Source: Gnetum montanum (lineage: Eukaryota > Plantae > Gnetophyta). From it: a stretch of DNA of 64,000 bases. The stretch is taken from positions 366,427-430,426 of the forward strand of contig MNCI01002657.1 of assembly GCA_015680685.1 (NCBI GenBank), written 5' to 3'. The position numbers were made by a program, and so were the translations under genes. Within the stretch, counting starts at the first letter, position 1, and each line of letters opens with the position of its first letter. Below, piece after piece: positions 39,159 to 53,974 of this stretch. The notes under the pieces were generated by a model, which was not told the DNA's origin, did no database searches, and saw nothing but the letters and a program-made list of their open reading frames with translations.

Positions 39159-39889
39159 GGCACCTCCTTAGTTTAGCATGTGCTAGGTGCCTACTTGCCC
39201 TTAAGTTTTGCATTCCTTGCTTGCCTTTTGCCTGCATTGTTACATTTCGTAGGGTTTCTTGTGTTTCACATCAGTTTCTTTATTATACACTCATTCCTTT
39301 TGCTTATCCATTTTTTTAGTTTTCTTACACATAAAAAAAACACTAAAATACATAAAAATCATAAAATGCAAAATTGCAAAAAAATTACATATGGCCTACC
39401 ACTACCTAAAAATGGCCATATTTTTCACATCACCATGGCTCGAAAAGGTCTTAAACTAGCATACAGCCCACTACAACCTAAAACTGGTAATCCTTTTTCT
39501 CTCATTGCATTAGCTTGAAATGGCCTAACACTATCACCATGGACTAAAACTATCAACACCTTGTCTTTTAATTCATGGCTTGAAATGGCCTTAAATTAGC
39601 AATATTTGCAATCCAAAATGGCCTTAAACTAGCAATCTTTATGGCCTAAAATGGCCTAAAATTGGCATGAGGCCCACAAGGGGCCTAATCGCATTAATCA
39701 ACTACATCACTAGTACACAGTGCTTAGCAATATAAATGCAAAAATTTACATAATATGCTATCCACATAGCAAAGATAGCTTGTCATTAATTCATTTTCAT
39801 TAATCCATCAATAAATACATGGCATGACTATACAAGAAAAATGGCAAAAAATGCAAAACTACACAATAGTAAGGCTACATTAGGACTAC

Positions 39890-42800
39890 TCAGCTGGTGG
39901 TGTTCAGTGGGAGTTGAGGCTTATCTTCCTCTTCCTTTGCCGCTCCATTGGTTCTTGTGGCATCTCCTTGTGCCTACTCAAACCAACACAAGGTAATGAA
40001 TCAATCCACAAATGCAAAAAATTTAAAACTAACATAAAAAAGGCAATAAAATAACAAACAACTAACCTAAGAGGGTCTTGCATCTATCTCTAGAGGTAAT
40101 CTATCAAGGCCCTCCTTCAAGCATTGGAGGATTTTGGCCTTTGATAGCCATGTCCAGTCCTCCTGGCCAAAGTCAATACCCGTAAGAGTCTTGCCTTTGT
40201 CCATGGTGGTTCATGTGGGTGGCTCCATTAAACGTGTGGTAGAGGAAACCTCCCTTGAGGGCATAATCATCTACCTCTCTAGATATCCACTCACCACTAT
40301 GTGATGAGTGAATAACTTGTAAGCCCATGTCCTACTAATTGCCTCAAGGAACATATTGTAGCAACGATGTTTGATGGACTCTTGTACCATTTAAGGTATG
40401 CATATCACTTGTTCTTGTAGTGGTTCTTTTGATTCTTCTAAGTTTGTCTCCATTGATATATCTTTGTGCTATAATCTTTCCAATCCTAATTTTTTTGGGC
40501 AAGTAAGTCCATCTAAAACCTCTACTCAACAATCTCTCTGTTATCCTTGTTCTTGCCCTATATTGCTAACTAGTACTTGGCATAGTCGATCTCAGCTATC
40601 CACTAGGTATTATCTTGTTGTGTGTGAGCTACAAGGAAGTCTTAATGAGATTGCAAGTCCTTCATCTTGGTGTCTTGGCTCACTGTCCTATCCTAGAGCT
40701 CATGTACCCACTTCCATAGATACTCATTTGTGCACCTACAAACCCATAGTGCTCTCGCCCTTGAGAGTGCATACTACTTATTGTCTCATATGCATAGCAG
40801 GTCACTTGCTCCACCTCAGGGAAAAACTTGGGGATGTCATCCACCTTGGCCACCTTGCTTGGATCCCAGCAAAGCTTGGAACCTATTGGCATAAAACAAG
40901 CAAAAAAACATTAAGCATAGGCCAAGCATCAAATTGTTTAAGCAAGATAGGAAAAGTAACATCACAACCATACCAAGCTTGGAATTTTCTTGTTGTAGGC
41001 AGTCTACCATGTCCTCAACCAAACCTTCCATGAAGGTGAACTTGTTAGGTGCCTCTACCCATGGCTCCATGCAGTAGGTAGAGGTGGGCGTTGGACCGCT
41101 AGTAGTTACTTCTATAGTTGCAAGGTAATAACACATTTAGCAACAATCAAGTAGCCAAAGATGCAAGAGCAGAAAGAGAGCAATAATAGATGGAAATGCA
41201 GAGCACATACCTAGCAAACCCCCTTAAGTGTGAGAGTAGGAGTATCACCTAGCTATACACCATCAAAGAGGCTGTTAAAATCATCCCCATCATGGTGAAG
41301 TAGTTTCTCCTCCTATAATTATTGAAGGACTTTTGCGACCTCATGCAGCTCCTCTTCCTGTGTCTCTCCCTCCTTAGTCTAGGGAGGAATCTCCTCTACT
41401 ACTAATTCTATTACTACTCTGATAGCCTTGTCACCTAATTTCAGTAATCCACAAACATGTCAACTCATCATAACAACTTAGCATAATAAATTAGCATAAT
41501 GTAGCATAGCATAACATAAAAAACATAAAAATATAAAGATATAAAATGCAAAAAATGCATCCAATAACTCATACTAACTTGTCACATCTGTGTGTAAGTC
41601 ATGAAAATTCAGGTGGATCTTCTTGCCATCCACCTTCTTGACCTCTTGTGCAGGCTCCTCTATGGGACATGACATATTAATCTTTGACTTAGATGGTCCC
41701 ACCATCTTGGCAATGTGATCTTGGCCATGTTCCTAGTACTAGCCAGTGGAGGCTCACTTGCACTATCATGTGAGTAGTGAGATCACCCTAAGGGACCTTT
41801 ATTCATTATAGAAAATGACTCACCAATTGCCTTTGGAAGGTCCTACACTTGCATGGTAGCAAAAAAGTACTTGATCCATGACTTTAAGAGCTATGTGTGA
41901 TCCTACAATACCCATCATCTACTCTCATGAACTACCAAAAACTCTACAAACCTTCATAGGCATCTTGTGAACAAGGTGAAGTGTACATGCGACCTCACCT
42001 AGAGGTTGTGATGCAACTTGACAATCTTGACATGCAGGCCACTGGCAAGGTGAGAGTCCTAGTTATGACTTGTGCCCTCCTCTAGCATGTTCCTCATCAC
42101 TCAAGCCTACTCCATCCCAAGTATTTTTCCTTGGGAGAGTAGCCTCAAAAACGCATGAGCATAGAAGAGAGGGTAAAGTTCATAGACCATAGGCACCCAC
42201 ACATTCTTCATGAGTATGCCTTTGCGAGATCGGGAAGTACCTAGCCACTTCTTGATATTACCTTGATGGTCCACCTCTCTGTTGGTCTTATCAATGACCA
42301 ATGAGCCATTAGAGGGGAATCCAAAGAGGTCCTCGAAGAAGTTATCAGTGAGGTCCGAGACTACCCTCACACCATGTACTTGTGTGACAAAGTGATGAGT
42401 GTTATCGTTGAAGGAGTTAATAATGGTGACCATTTCAATCATCAAGATGCTTGGGGTAAGGGCCAAGAAAAGGTCCATTAATTGACCCTACATGAGCCTA
42501 CTAGTCAACTCTACTGGGATCTCATGGCACAACCAATGTTGCACAGCCTCAACATCCCCATACTTCATAATGAGGATGGCCTTAGTGTGGCCCATAGCTA
42601 CCACTATGACCTCTCCTAAAGTGAATGTAGTTGCAATATAGGAAAAAAGAAAAAAAGTTAGCATCATGGAAAAAGGAAAAGTAGCAAATGCATGAGAGTA
42701 AAAGTGATAAACTTCTTATGATGGAAAAAAGGTGTGCACGATGATGGTGGTGGTGCTAATGCCTCCTTGATGCTAGGTACACCATCCACCCACTCCGTAT

Positions 42801-45097
42801 CCAACCAACCATGGATCTGACACCTCTTGTAGGCCTTTGGATATCGATGAGAGTACTCCTCTAAGTTGGATCCAATTTGCCTAATCATCCCTGCATGAAT
42901 GCTCTTGCAGGTTGAAAATTCCTATAGGGTAGTGCAAGTTAGATTCAAGGCTTCCTCCTCATCATGTAGGTCGTGCCCACTAATGCTCAACTTGGCAACA
43001 AACATGAGCAGTTAGCATCTTTGTATGAGATGATAGCCAAATGAATAATTCAAAATCATAGGAACACTTATTCTCCTACATAGTACACCATCCCAGGTGG
43101 GTTCTAGAATAGGGTATGCACATGCTAAGCAATAAAAAGAGTGTTTCTCTTACTATAGCAATTGAACTCTAGCATCTGCCAGATCCTAGATAAAGGCCAA
43201 ATGCCCTTAGGGCCTTGGCCTGAGCCTCCTACTTCATCATCACTGGTAGTGGGATCATTAGACTTGAACCTCAAGATGCCCTAGTTTTCCCTAGGTAGTA
43301 ATGTCTTTGTGATGACACCAATAGCTTCTTCCACTAAGTGTGATCACATCATCACATTGAAGTACTGGAGCAAGAATTCCAAGAACTCATGTGCTCTTAG
43401 CTAGAACCATACTGCTTGGTAATCCAACTATGTGTTCGATGTGGGTGTATTTGGTATAGGCTCACTCATGCATTAGAGGATGCCAACAAGCTCCACCACA
43501 ATGAGGATTGGCTTCAATAATACCCTACAATTGCAAAAACAACAAAGAAAGCCTTAGTATACATTGGATGCATAAAAATACACTAACTTCCACTTAGCAA
43601 AATTAGCAAGGTAACATAGAGTAGCATAACTTAGCAAAGTTAAAATATCCTTAGGGTTCCTTGTGGGCCCTACAGGCATAGGATGTTGATGCATACATTT
43701 GACGTGCCTGGTGCTCATTGGGGTACAACACTAATGTAGTGTTAGCATTTCGCATTACATTCACATGTTGTGTATTGTCATCGTTTGCATATTTTGGTAG
43801 TTTGGCATGTTCAGTTTGCAAGTTTAGCATTTTGGCAAAGCTTTGGTACATGTCACATTTTTTTCATAGGTAACATTCTAGTACTTTTCATCCTTGCACT
43901 TAGCATTTTTTGGCATTTGGAATTTCATCACTACATTTGGCAAAATCCTCAAATTTTTTCTAACTCTAGGTAGTGTAACTTGAGGTGTCCATGAAAATTT
44001 CTAACTCTGGGTTACCCCTTCTTGGAAGTGTAACCTATGAAAATGAAAAAAAATTCTAACTATCAACTATGATCCCCAAGGAGTGTAGCCCCCCAAAATC
44101 ATCAAATTTTTTCTAACTGTTGGCTATGCTCCCTAAGGAGCATAGCCCCAAAATCATAAAAAAATACAAAAGAAAAAACTAATTACCACTTCTATCGCTA
44201 TGTTGCACCTTTTCTTGAGGTGCCATGCCCCATTCATAGTGATGCTCAACTCCGTTACACTCCATCATCACATTATGAGTTGCTCCCCATGGTTGCAGTC
44301 TCACTACCTTTTCCCTTACCCTTGCCTTCCCATCATGGCCGTTACCACCATAGCCACATTATTCATCTTACCTTTGCCTTAGTCCCAAAAATGCAAAAAA
44401 TAAAAATAAAAATAAAATAAAAATAAAAATTGCCCCTTGGCACCATGTGCCGTATGGCCCCCTTTATTTTCTCCCTTCCATTGGCTCTAGGACCATTGCT
44501 AAACCTTGATTTCTCTACCTCACATGCACCTAAAAGATAAAAAAGAGAGGAGAGGAGGGACAAGGGCATCCCATGATCCCTTGCATCCAAGTCATGGCTA
44601 CCTTGGCCATGGCTACAAAGCCCTTATTTTTTTTGCATTCCCTTCTTTTCCTGCCCTAGACATAGCTAAAAGAAGAAAAAATAGAGCAAAAAAAGAAAAG
44701 CCCTTGTTTTCGTTGATACTCCCATGCTCCACATAGCATCAAGGAAAAAACCCTTGCCACATGTGGCCATGAAACTAATCACCCATGTCCACACAGCCAC
44801 GCCTATAAGAAGAAAAACAAAAAAAGAATGCCACCAGGACCATGGCCACAATGGTCCCTACCAAGGCAAGCCGCTCCAAATCCTAAGACCCCAACGCAAG
44901 GAAATGCAAGAGAAGAAAAGATTAAAAAAAGTATTTTGCAAGGGTAGAGTAGAGTAGGGTACCTAGTGGATAGTGACTATCTCTATTTCTCCACACATGC
45001 CTAGGTCAAGCATCATAGTGCTCGCTCTTCCTCATCCAAGTTGATGAGCCCAAGGTGTTGGCAATCACTTCGATGCAACGTGTTGGCTATCATGCTC
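39890..45097 (-). pseudogene. Antisense multi-exon gene of E3 (homologue of 21713-26050)
   Basis: The exon from 43524 (TTGTAG|G) reads VLLKPILIVVELVGIL..VWF..EFLEFLLQYF. 42107-42478 (FYAHAF..LLSQGKILGME) matches E2 VFHAYAFPQLLTQGKVLGLE. The last-intron donor AG|GTTAGT is shared with E2. Ends approximate. Confidence 0.8.
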
Positions 45098-45732
45098 TAG
45101 GTGGTATGCTTTGACTGCTATGCTCCAGCTTCTCTCCTTTCTCTAATTGTGCTATGCTCTATAATCTCTCATTTTCACTTTAAAAATGATAGTTTGACCT
45201 TGATGAAACACGCATATATACCCTCTTGGGGTAATTAAATGCACTACCTACCAAGATAGCATTCCAAACTTGGGCGAAATTTCCAAGTTTTTTTTGAGTG
45301 TAGCAAGGGACCAAGTGTAACATGGGGTGAGCATAGCAACTAGAGTTAGAAAACTTTCCAAACATTTTTTGGTAGTCTCTAGAATTAGAAAACTTTTTGA
45401 ATTTTTTATGATTGCCTAGTGAACGCCTAGCCTAACTTCACGTTCCAAGCACTCCCAGCCCTACCTAAACCTATGCAATTTGCACAAACCATGGTCCACT
45501 ATAACCTTAAATTAGCAAACCGTTATCCACTATAACCTTAACCTGGCATCCCATGGCCTGCTAAGGCTTGAAACTAGCCAACATACTTGCTTCTACAACT
45601 CCACATTTGCACAACTTAGGTGAATTTTCATTGCATTGCTTTCCTTATTTTATGCATTTTGATTTCATCTAAGATAGATGTGGCTTGACATTATTTCTAG
45701 TTGTTTTGTAGGATACTTGGTAGGATTGAAAC

Positions 45733-48700
45733 ATGAGCACATGTAGGCACCTTTATTCACCTCAGGACATTACTGGGCCTCATGGTGATCTTGCGTGATA
45801 CATCAATACTAAATGCCTAGATCTTGAGCCTAGAGCCTATGGTGAACATGTAACATTCATAGAGATGCTACTAGATTGGCTAGACCATCTAGTTAAAGCT
45901 CTAGATCTAGAGGTAGGCGACATCACTGAGGATCCCCTCATTAAGGTCCCTGTAACGACACTTAGTGGTGATGCAAAAACATTGAAACTTAGTTCCTTGT
46001 TAGAGCCTCAACACATTTAGAGCATCGCTAAAGTCCTCAATGAAAATATCAAGGCATTTTCATGATCTTACGAAGACATACTAGGCCTAGATCCTCACAT
46101 AGTGTAGCACAATATAATCCTCAATCCTCGCACAAAACCAGTCAAGTAGAAGGCCCACAAGGTTAGGCCTAAGGTGGTGTTGGCAGTCCATTAGTAATCA
46201 CCAAGCTATACAAAGCTGATTTCATCTGGGTCATTAACTACGTTGACTAGGTCTCCAACATCATGATTGTACCTAAGAAAAATAGAAGCATACACATTTG
46301 CATAGACTTCTAGAACTTGAATAAGATGACCATTAAAGATGATTTCCCATGCCTAGTATTGATCAATTGGTCGATACTATGACTGATCATGCCTTGTTGT
46401 CCTTCATGGATGGGTTCTCTAGTTACAACTAGATTTAGATCAATCCAAAGCACTAACTCAATACTACCTTCATGATCCCTTGGGGTATGTTTTGCTATAC
46501 AAGGATGCCTTTGAAACTAAAGAATGTAGGAGCAACCTATCAACAGCTATGATGTACATCTTTAGCAATTATTTGCTAGATTTGCCTAATGATTATGTTG
46601 ATGACATTGTAGTTAAGTCCAAAATGGTACATAACTATGCAGATGATTTAGATTGTGTATTCAAATGGTACCTTAGACATGACCTTAGGTTGAGTAATAA
46701 GAAGTGTGTCTTTGGTGTCAAATTAGGTCACATACTAGGTTTTGTAGTATTAAAAGTAGGCATATGCATAAACCCTAATAAGGTTAAGGCCATCATCAAC
46801 TTAGCACCACCAACTAACCTTAAGGAGCTACATGGGTTACAAGGTAGACTGCAATTCATTCATAGGTTTATCACACGGTTGACTGACAAGTTGTAGTCCA
46901 TGCAACGTTTGCTCAAAAAGGGAGTCCACTTTGAGTGGATAGCTCAATGCCAAGAAGCCTTTGATAATCTTAAATAGGAGCTAGCTCAACTTCCAACAGT
47001 CTAACCTCCACAAGGGGATAAGCCATTTTACATCTACCTTAAAACCTCCAATGCATCCCTCACTTCTTTGCTTTGCCAAAAGTGAGACGATGGCTCATGG
47101 GTCCTTGTATACTACCTAAGCCATGCATTAGTGACTCATGAAGCAAAATATAATGATGTGGAGAAGAACTACCTTGACTTAGTCTTTGCACTTAAGAAGT
47201 GAAAGAACTATCTTTTTCGTAGCCAGGTAAACATCATCTATAAGAGTAATGGACGCTGGGCAATCACAACAAACATTTATGAAAGTAATCAGATTGCATG
47301 GTGGAAAGAAATAATTGTGAAGTTTGACCTACACTACATAGTGCAAGCATCAACGAAAGGTCAAGCAATAGCCACACAACTCATGGCTTCACCAATAAAT
47401 GATCAAGCAATAATAGATTTGGGATTTCTAGACAAGCATGTTAGTAGCATAGGTCAAGTGCCTACCAACTTTGAGGCAATTTTACACTTTGACCTCTCAA
47501 GGGGGTAGTGCCACTACTGTTATCACATTTCCCTCTAGGAAGATCTAATCATTTGATTATCATTTTGCATTTCCTTGCATTAACAATGTAGTGGAGTATG
47601 AAGGTTTCCTTAGAGGCATCTTAGCAGCTTGTAACCTAGGAATTCAAAACCTAATGATTCAAGGTGATTTGTAGTTAGTCATTAATTAAGTAAAAAAGGT
47701 TTACACTTGCAAAGAACAACACTTACAACCTTACTGGGACTTGGCAAAGCACTTGCTCAAATGATTTACAATTGCATATATCCAACACATTCCCTACAAT
47801 GAGAATGCCATTGTCAATGCATTAGCTACATTATCCTTAAGAATTTCACCTAACATATTTCATGCCTTACCTACTTCAATATTGGATTTGACCAAGCCTA
47901 TCACAAAAATAGCTGACATTTCATCCATAGCCACAACAAGCATGAATCATGCATAAGAATGGTATGATGACATCAAGTCATACCTCCAACAGGGTGAGCC
48001 TCCACAACATCTAACCATTGCCCAAAAGGATGCAGTGCAAAAATGGTCATAGTAGTATGTCATTGTGGGTGATAGCACACTATGTTGTAGATCCTATGAT
48101 GGCATAATACTAACCTATGTTAGTGAAAATGAAGTAGAAATGATCATTGAACAAGTCCATGAGGGACTGTGTGGAGGACACATAGCACCCATGTTAATGA
48201 CATCGAAAATCAGATGCTTAGGCTACTATTGGCCTTACATGGAGTACGATTTCATTTCCAAGGTCAAGACATGTGAAATGTGTCAATGACATGATAACTT
48301 AATGCATGTGCCACCCATTGAACTACATACCATGCGAATCATGTGGTCATTCCAATGTTGGGAATTGGATATTATAGGACCCATTACACCTAAGTCTTCC
48401 CCAAGACATAGCTTCATCATAACCACAACTGAATACTTTACCAACTGGGTTGAGGCTATCCCCCTTAGGAAGACAATATCACAATAGGTTTGCAAGTTCA
48501 TCCTTGACAACATAGTGACCTAATTTGGTTTGCCCATGACTATAGTCATAGACAATGGACCACAGTTTAGTAGTGCAGAAACCAAAGCCTTCTATGAACA
48601 GCTTGGCATTAAGCATTCCTTTTTGTCACCATACTACCCATAGGTGAATGGCCAAGAGGAGGCTTCAAACAAAGTGATTGTCAACATTTTGAAGAAGATG

Positions 48701-49201
48701 CTCAGTAGTAGAAAATGGTGATGGCACGAGCAGTTAGTCTATGCACTATGGGCATATTACATAACATGTAGAAAAACAACATGTAAGATGCGATATACCC
48801 TTGTGTATGGATTTGAAAGAATTTTTCCTCTCAAATTATAGGTCTCATCACTTTGTGTGACCCTCTCAAGCTTCATTGATGAGGTTCAAAACAATGAGTT
48901 GAGAATCATTAACCTAGACTCTATAGAGAAGGAGTGCATGCAGATGCTTGATTACATTGAATGGTATCAAGAGAAGCAATGATAAAAGCACCATCATAAT
49001 CAACATCAATGGCTAATCAAGAAAGGGGACTTAGTCCTCAAGGCCATTCGTGAACTTGCATATACATTCTTAGCCAATTGAGAAGGGCCTTTCTTGGTCA
49101 CCAAGGCCTATGATAATGGAGCATTCAAGCTGGTTGATTTAGACAGTAATGAGTTTGCTAATCTAATCAACCATTCATACTTGAAGTTGTACTACACCTA
49201 G
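45733..49201 (+). pseudogene. pol: E3 pol: RT-RH-aRH-INT, degenerate
   Basis: YVDDIVVKS, LQGRLQFI, HEGLCGGH, WELDIIGPITPKS and EGPF, with many TAG/TGA stops. Confidence 0.93.
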
Positions 49202-49244
49202 TATGTAGTGTTGCATCAATGAAAAAGAAAGGTAAACAAGCATT

Positions 49245-49560
49245 TGCTATGATGTTAAGTTAGCACAGAATGTCCGTGGTCTATGATGTTAAACTAGCAT
49301 CCATGGCAAACCTATCTACTATGATGTTAAACTGGCATAGTAAGTCTACTATGACTTTAAATTGGCATAGCTCAACCTTGTGTCATGATGTTAAACTAGC
49401 ACAACATCCACCATTCACTATCATGTTAAACTAGCACACAGTAGTTTTCTAGGACTATAAACTAGTGCATCATGGTTTTCCAAGACCTTAAACTAGGTTC
49501 ACGGTCTGCTAGGACCTTAAAATATCATAGCATGTGGTCTACCAAGACCTTAATATGGGT
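49245..49560 (+). repeat. 3'-UTR tandem repeats of E3 (ATGATGTTAAACTRGCA)
   Basis: About 9 degenerate units directly after the integrase stop. Confidence 0.8.
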
Positions 49561-51180
49561 TTGCAATTTAGCACACATGTCTCAAAAAGCATAGTTCTAT
49601 GGACAAGAGAGTGCAAATACTTCTGATCCTCTATCATCTACCCACACCTCCTGGGTAGGGTAGGGTGAGACATTGTAGTTCCAGAATGGAGTTCATGTTG
49701 TCAAGGAAAAGCCTCTGGAACATTTGTAGAATCATTGTCCTTGGCATTTTGCTAATCCTCTGAAGATTCCCTTGAGCATTTTTCTGAATTTCTAGAGCTA
49801 CCATTGCAATCACCAATAGTACCACCTTAGGTCATGCTAACAACATTGTTGACCTTGGGTACTTAATTATTGGTTGGAGTTCTCACCATTAGCACCACTC
49901 GCTAGAGTCCTAGTAGTACTATGGCCTTTTCATAGCACTACCATCCTCTAGCCCTTACCATTTCCTAGGCTTGGAAGGGCATCTAGTAGCTTAAATCCCT
50001 GCCATTTTGCTAGATTTCCAAGTTCATGTCCTTGGTGTCAAGTCTCTAGCACCTACACTACCATTACCCTCAATCACTCTATTGGCCTCTTTGGGGGTGC
50101 TCACTTTTGATGTGGCTACTGGAGCTTTTATAGTCTCCTGGCTTTGGCACCTACACTAGCTTTCCTATTTTGGCACTGCAAGGTCTTGCAACTAGTCTAG
50201 AACTTGTGGCACTTATAACACCCTTGAAACTAGTAGTTTGCTCTTATTTCACATGTTGTGTGGTTGTTTTCTTATCTTCTCTGCATAATTTTTGCAAGAC
50301 AAAGCCCTAAAGGTAGTCATTCAAAGATGCATTTCATCATAGTGGCAAGTCATCACATTTCTCTGATGGGCTTGTTTAGGCTCACCAAGCCACTCGAGAG
50401 TGCACATCCCTATTACCCGACTATAGACTATTCACATTTACCTCTTTACCTTGCATTTTCTTACCTCTCCTACAAGCTTCTTTGATGCACATGTCATCCT
50501 TCTTTTGGTTGACCATAGAACCCATGACAGACATAATGTAACTCATTCCATGGGAAGTCTTTGTGGTTTGGTCAAAGTCCAAGAGGATGTAATGCAACTC
50601 ATCCAAGGAGGAAACACCTATCCTATAGATGCAATATGTTTGCCTCTAAGAAAAGCCTATTGAGTGGCATGTAGTCCACTCGATGACAAGCATCTTGCAG
50701 CTAGCATTTCATAAAAGAAAAAATCATAAAACTTTTAAAAAAGGTTGGGGGGAGGATGGGTTAAAACATATCCCCAAGAAGAATCTAGCAAAATTGTAGT
50801 TTCACAACTAGTCCAACCCTGAATTCACATCAGCCTTCTTATAAGCACTCTAACGAGAGGCCAACATGTCAAGGGTAAGTTATTTTAGTGTTATGGGTAA
50901 TGGATCTCTCACTAGCATTCCAACAAGAGGTTATCATTTTGGCAACAAGCCACCCTAGTGCCATAATCATGGTCAATCATGCTAACCCCATATCTTGTAG
51001 CATGATACACTATTTGCATCTCATTCCCCCTTGCTATCCTAAGCTAATTCCCAACATCCTTTACCTTTAGCATACAATTAACTTTAGCACTCTTGAGCCT
51101 AGAAAAGTGCTCTCCAGTCAGGTATCGACAAGTGATGTTGGTGCTAGGCTAGTTGTGGTGTTTTAAGTTCCTTGTCAACA

Positions 51181-52164
51181 TCTTGATCCCACTCGAAAGA
51201 GGGAAACTCATAGTCCTAGAGTGTAGCCTCCAAATTGCACTATTTTGCATTTTTTGTAGGTACATTGTGATCTCTTCAGCTTTGGCACATGTAGTCTTGG
51301 CAACATAGTTATGGTTTGATAGTCTCTTGGGGTCCATTAGAGTACATCAAAGTGTAGCACTAGTTGCTCTAGTGGGAGCATATATAGGGTCAGTGTAGCC
51401 TCACCTAGCCTTTGCAAGTTGGTGCTCAATACATACTTTATGTCAATCCTAACCCTAGAAATACCCTTGCATTTCACATCTTAGGGGTTGGCATTTTGAA
51501 ATAGTCAACTAGCAATTCCATTTTAGTAGTTGGCACTTTGGCACTAGCACCCTTGCATTTGAACACGATGCCTTTCCAAAACTTTGGGACATGAATTTTG
51601 CATACCAGAGCACATCGTAGCTTGTAGGACACCATAGTAGCCAACCTAGTAGGCTTAGTGTTCATAGTGGATGTCAGCTTCATAACTTGGACACTCTATA
51701 GACTGTGGATATGATGCCTACTGCGCCCATCTGTACATTGTGTACCTCCTTACCTCCCTTTTGCAATTGCTATGCTCCCCCATTTGGGGTGGTGCCATTC
51801 TTCCTCTCTCAAACTCCTTCATAATTTTCAAGCATTTTCTTTGGCATTTAGCATCGCACTTTCTTTCTTTTTCTATTTTGCATGCATTTGCACTTTTGCA
51901 CCATCGTTTTCACATTGGAAAACCCTACTACGCTTTGGCCTAGTTGACCTCGGTACCACCAAAAATAGTGTGCAAATCCTCTAACACTTGTTCATTGAAA
52001 CACTTCGTAAGTCCTAGTTGGATCGACAAGATCATCCTGAGTGCTTCACCTTTGTTTTCTACCTCCAATGATGACCCCTTGGATAGGGGTAGGGTTAGGG
52101 TTGTACCGTGGCTATGGATCCCTTAGCATGACCATTCTAGCTATTGACATTTTTGGTCACTACA
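51181..52164 (+). repeat. 3' LTR of E3 (true start may lie upstream, ~50760-50870)
   Basis: Homologous to 33940-34925; ends GGTCACTACA. Confidence 0.85.
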
Positions 52165-52832
52165 AGGAAGATGGCCAACCATGCTAACCATTTAAGTGAC
52201 TCTTTAGTTTTTCAAATTTTTTATTTTACACATTTTTCATCTTATAACTTTTTATTTTACATGTTCCTTATTTTACATCTTTTTTTTTATGTTATTAATG
52301 TTTTTTTTAATTTTTTGTTTTACACCATCGTTAGTACATTTGATATTTCTTGAAAATTTTACACTTTCTTTTATATTTTCTTTTATTTNCAGGATGATAA
52401 AAAATTCATGGAAATACGCATGCACCTAGGAAAACAAAAATGCACAAAGAATACTAAATTTCCTTGAAGCTACACCTTGTTCAAACCTTTGAATCCTTCC
52501 CAATTCTAGAAACTACCAAAGTCACAAATTTATTAAAGTTTTATTAATGAAAAAGAGAATTCACATTTCCAANCAAACTTTATGGTTTTCCTTGTTTTGG
52601 AAATGTGAATTCTCTTTTTCATTAATAAAACTTTAATAAATTTGTGACTTTGGTAGTTTCTAGAATTGGGAAGGATTCAAAGGTTTGAACAAGGTGTAGC
52701 TTCAAGGAAATTTAGTATTCTTTGTGCATTTTTGTTTTCCTAGGTGCATGCGTATTTCCATGAATTTTTTATCATCCTGTGTCAATCAATAAAGGAAGTT
52801 GAATAAGTCTTTGCATGGTGTGGTTCTCATTA

Positions 52833-52965
52833 NNNNNNNNNNNNNNNNNNNNNNNNNNNNNNNNNNNNNNNNNNNNNNNNNNNNNNNNNNNNNNNNNNNN
52901 NNNNNNNNNNNNNNNNNNNNNNNNNNNNNNNNNNNNNNNNNNNNNNNNNNNNNNNNNNNNNNNNN
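52833..52965. other. Assembly gap (N run)
   Basis: Run of N. Confidence 1.
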
Positions 52966-53974
52966 TCAAGTTATTTAACCACAAAATCCACAAGGGACTT
53001 CATGTGACCATAATTAGGAACTCCATTCCACTCTCTCTCATCCATCTATGCTTTCCATGTTCCATCTCACTACTAGTTTCATGTTATAGTTTGATGTCAT
53101 GGTTTGATGTGTTAGAATTCTTAGTTACTTTCTTCTGGGTTTTTGTACTTAACCTTCTGTAACCATTAATCATCCATGGAGCCCACAGACTCTTTGGTTT
53201 GAAGTTATGCAAAGGCATAAAAGGCTTGTCCCTGCTTTGAGGAGAACCCACTTGCATATCTTTTGGTTGGGTTAGTTAAGTTCTTTTCCCTTAGACATTT
53301 CTACAATCAAATTCTTTTTGTTCACCCCATCAATGACATCCAATTGTACACATATTCATAATAGTTTTTAGTAAATTCTTCTTTTTATTGTTGTGAATTC
53401 TTGTACCCTCTTCTAATATTTCCTTGTATTGAAATTTTTCAAATTTAATGGATTGCTTAATTTAATTAACCCTATTTGTAAGCCTTCACACTAACACTAC
53501 TCAAGGAACCAATCAACCTCAATCACAACCTAGTCGAGTGTAACCACTAATGAGACAAGGCATTTAATAGTTATGTGTTACACATTGCATACTAATTCAT
53601 AATTTTGTTGTGATTGTAGTGGATAGCATGGACTAGAAGTGGGACTATCTTCACCAAGGATGATGCAACTAGACCAAACAATGAGGATTGTTCATGATTG
53701 TGGGATCTCTTCTCTGTCTCTCTCATTCTTCTACTACTAAGAGGTGTTGGATGTCAATATTCTTTAGGGTGTTTACTCCTCTTCTCATGAACATCAAAGT
53801 CTATAAAAGAAATTGTAATTTTGTACATTTGGACACTCAGAGTTTATATGTTTGTTTCATTCGAGTTAGTTTATGATGTTAGTCAATAATCCCATACCTA
53901 CCCCATATGTTATGTTATAAAGAACTTGTTCTTTCTCTTCTACACTTGAGAACAAGTTTTCATTCAGTTTTGGG

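Larger units (their letters stand above)
33940..52164 (+). mobile_element. Tat/Ogre-like element E3 (older, ~18.2 kb) with an internal antisense gene
   Basis: LTR pair, Asn PBS, gag-PR, antisense gene and RT-RH-aRH-INT. No TSD found; left boundary uncertain. Confidence 0.9.

Noticed and set aside
52153-52170. TGGTCACTACAAGGAAG as a PBS after the E3 3' LTR (tandem element)
   Set aside because: It aligns with the LTR's own terminus (ending CTACA at 52164), so it is not a PBS.
52390-52779. Perfect ~183 bp inverted repeat (apparent hairpin, MITE or siRNA precursor)
   Set aside because: The left arm is bounded by single Ns at 52389 and 52573, lies near an N-gap, and is a perfect match inside otherwise decayed DNA. 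This points to a gap-filling or assembly artefact.
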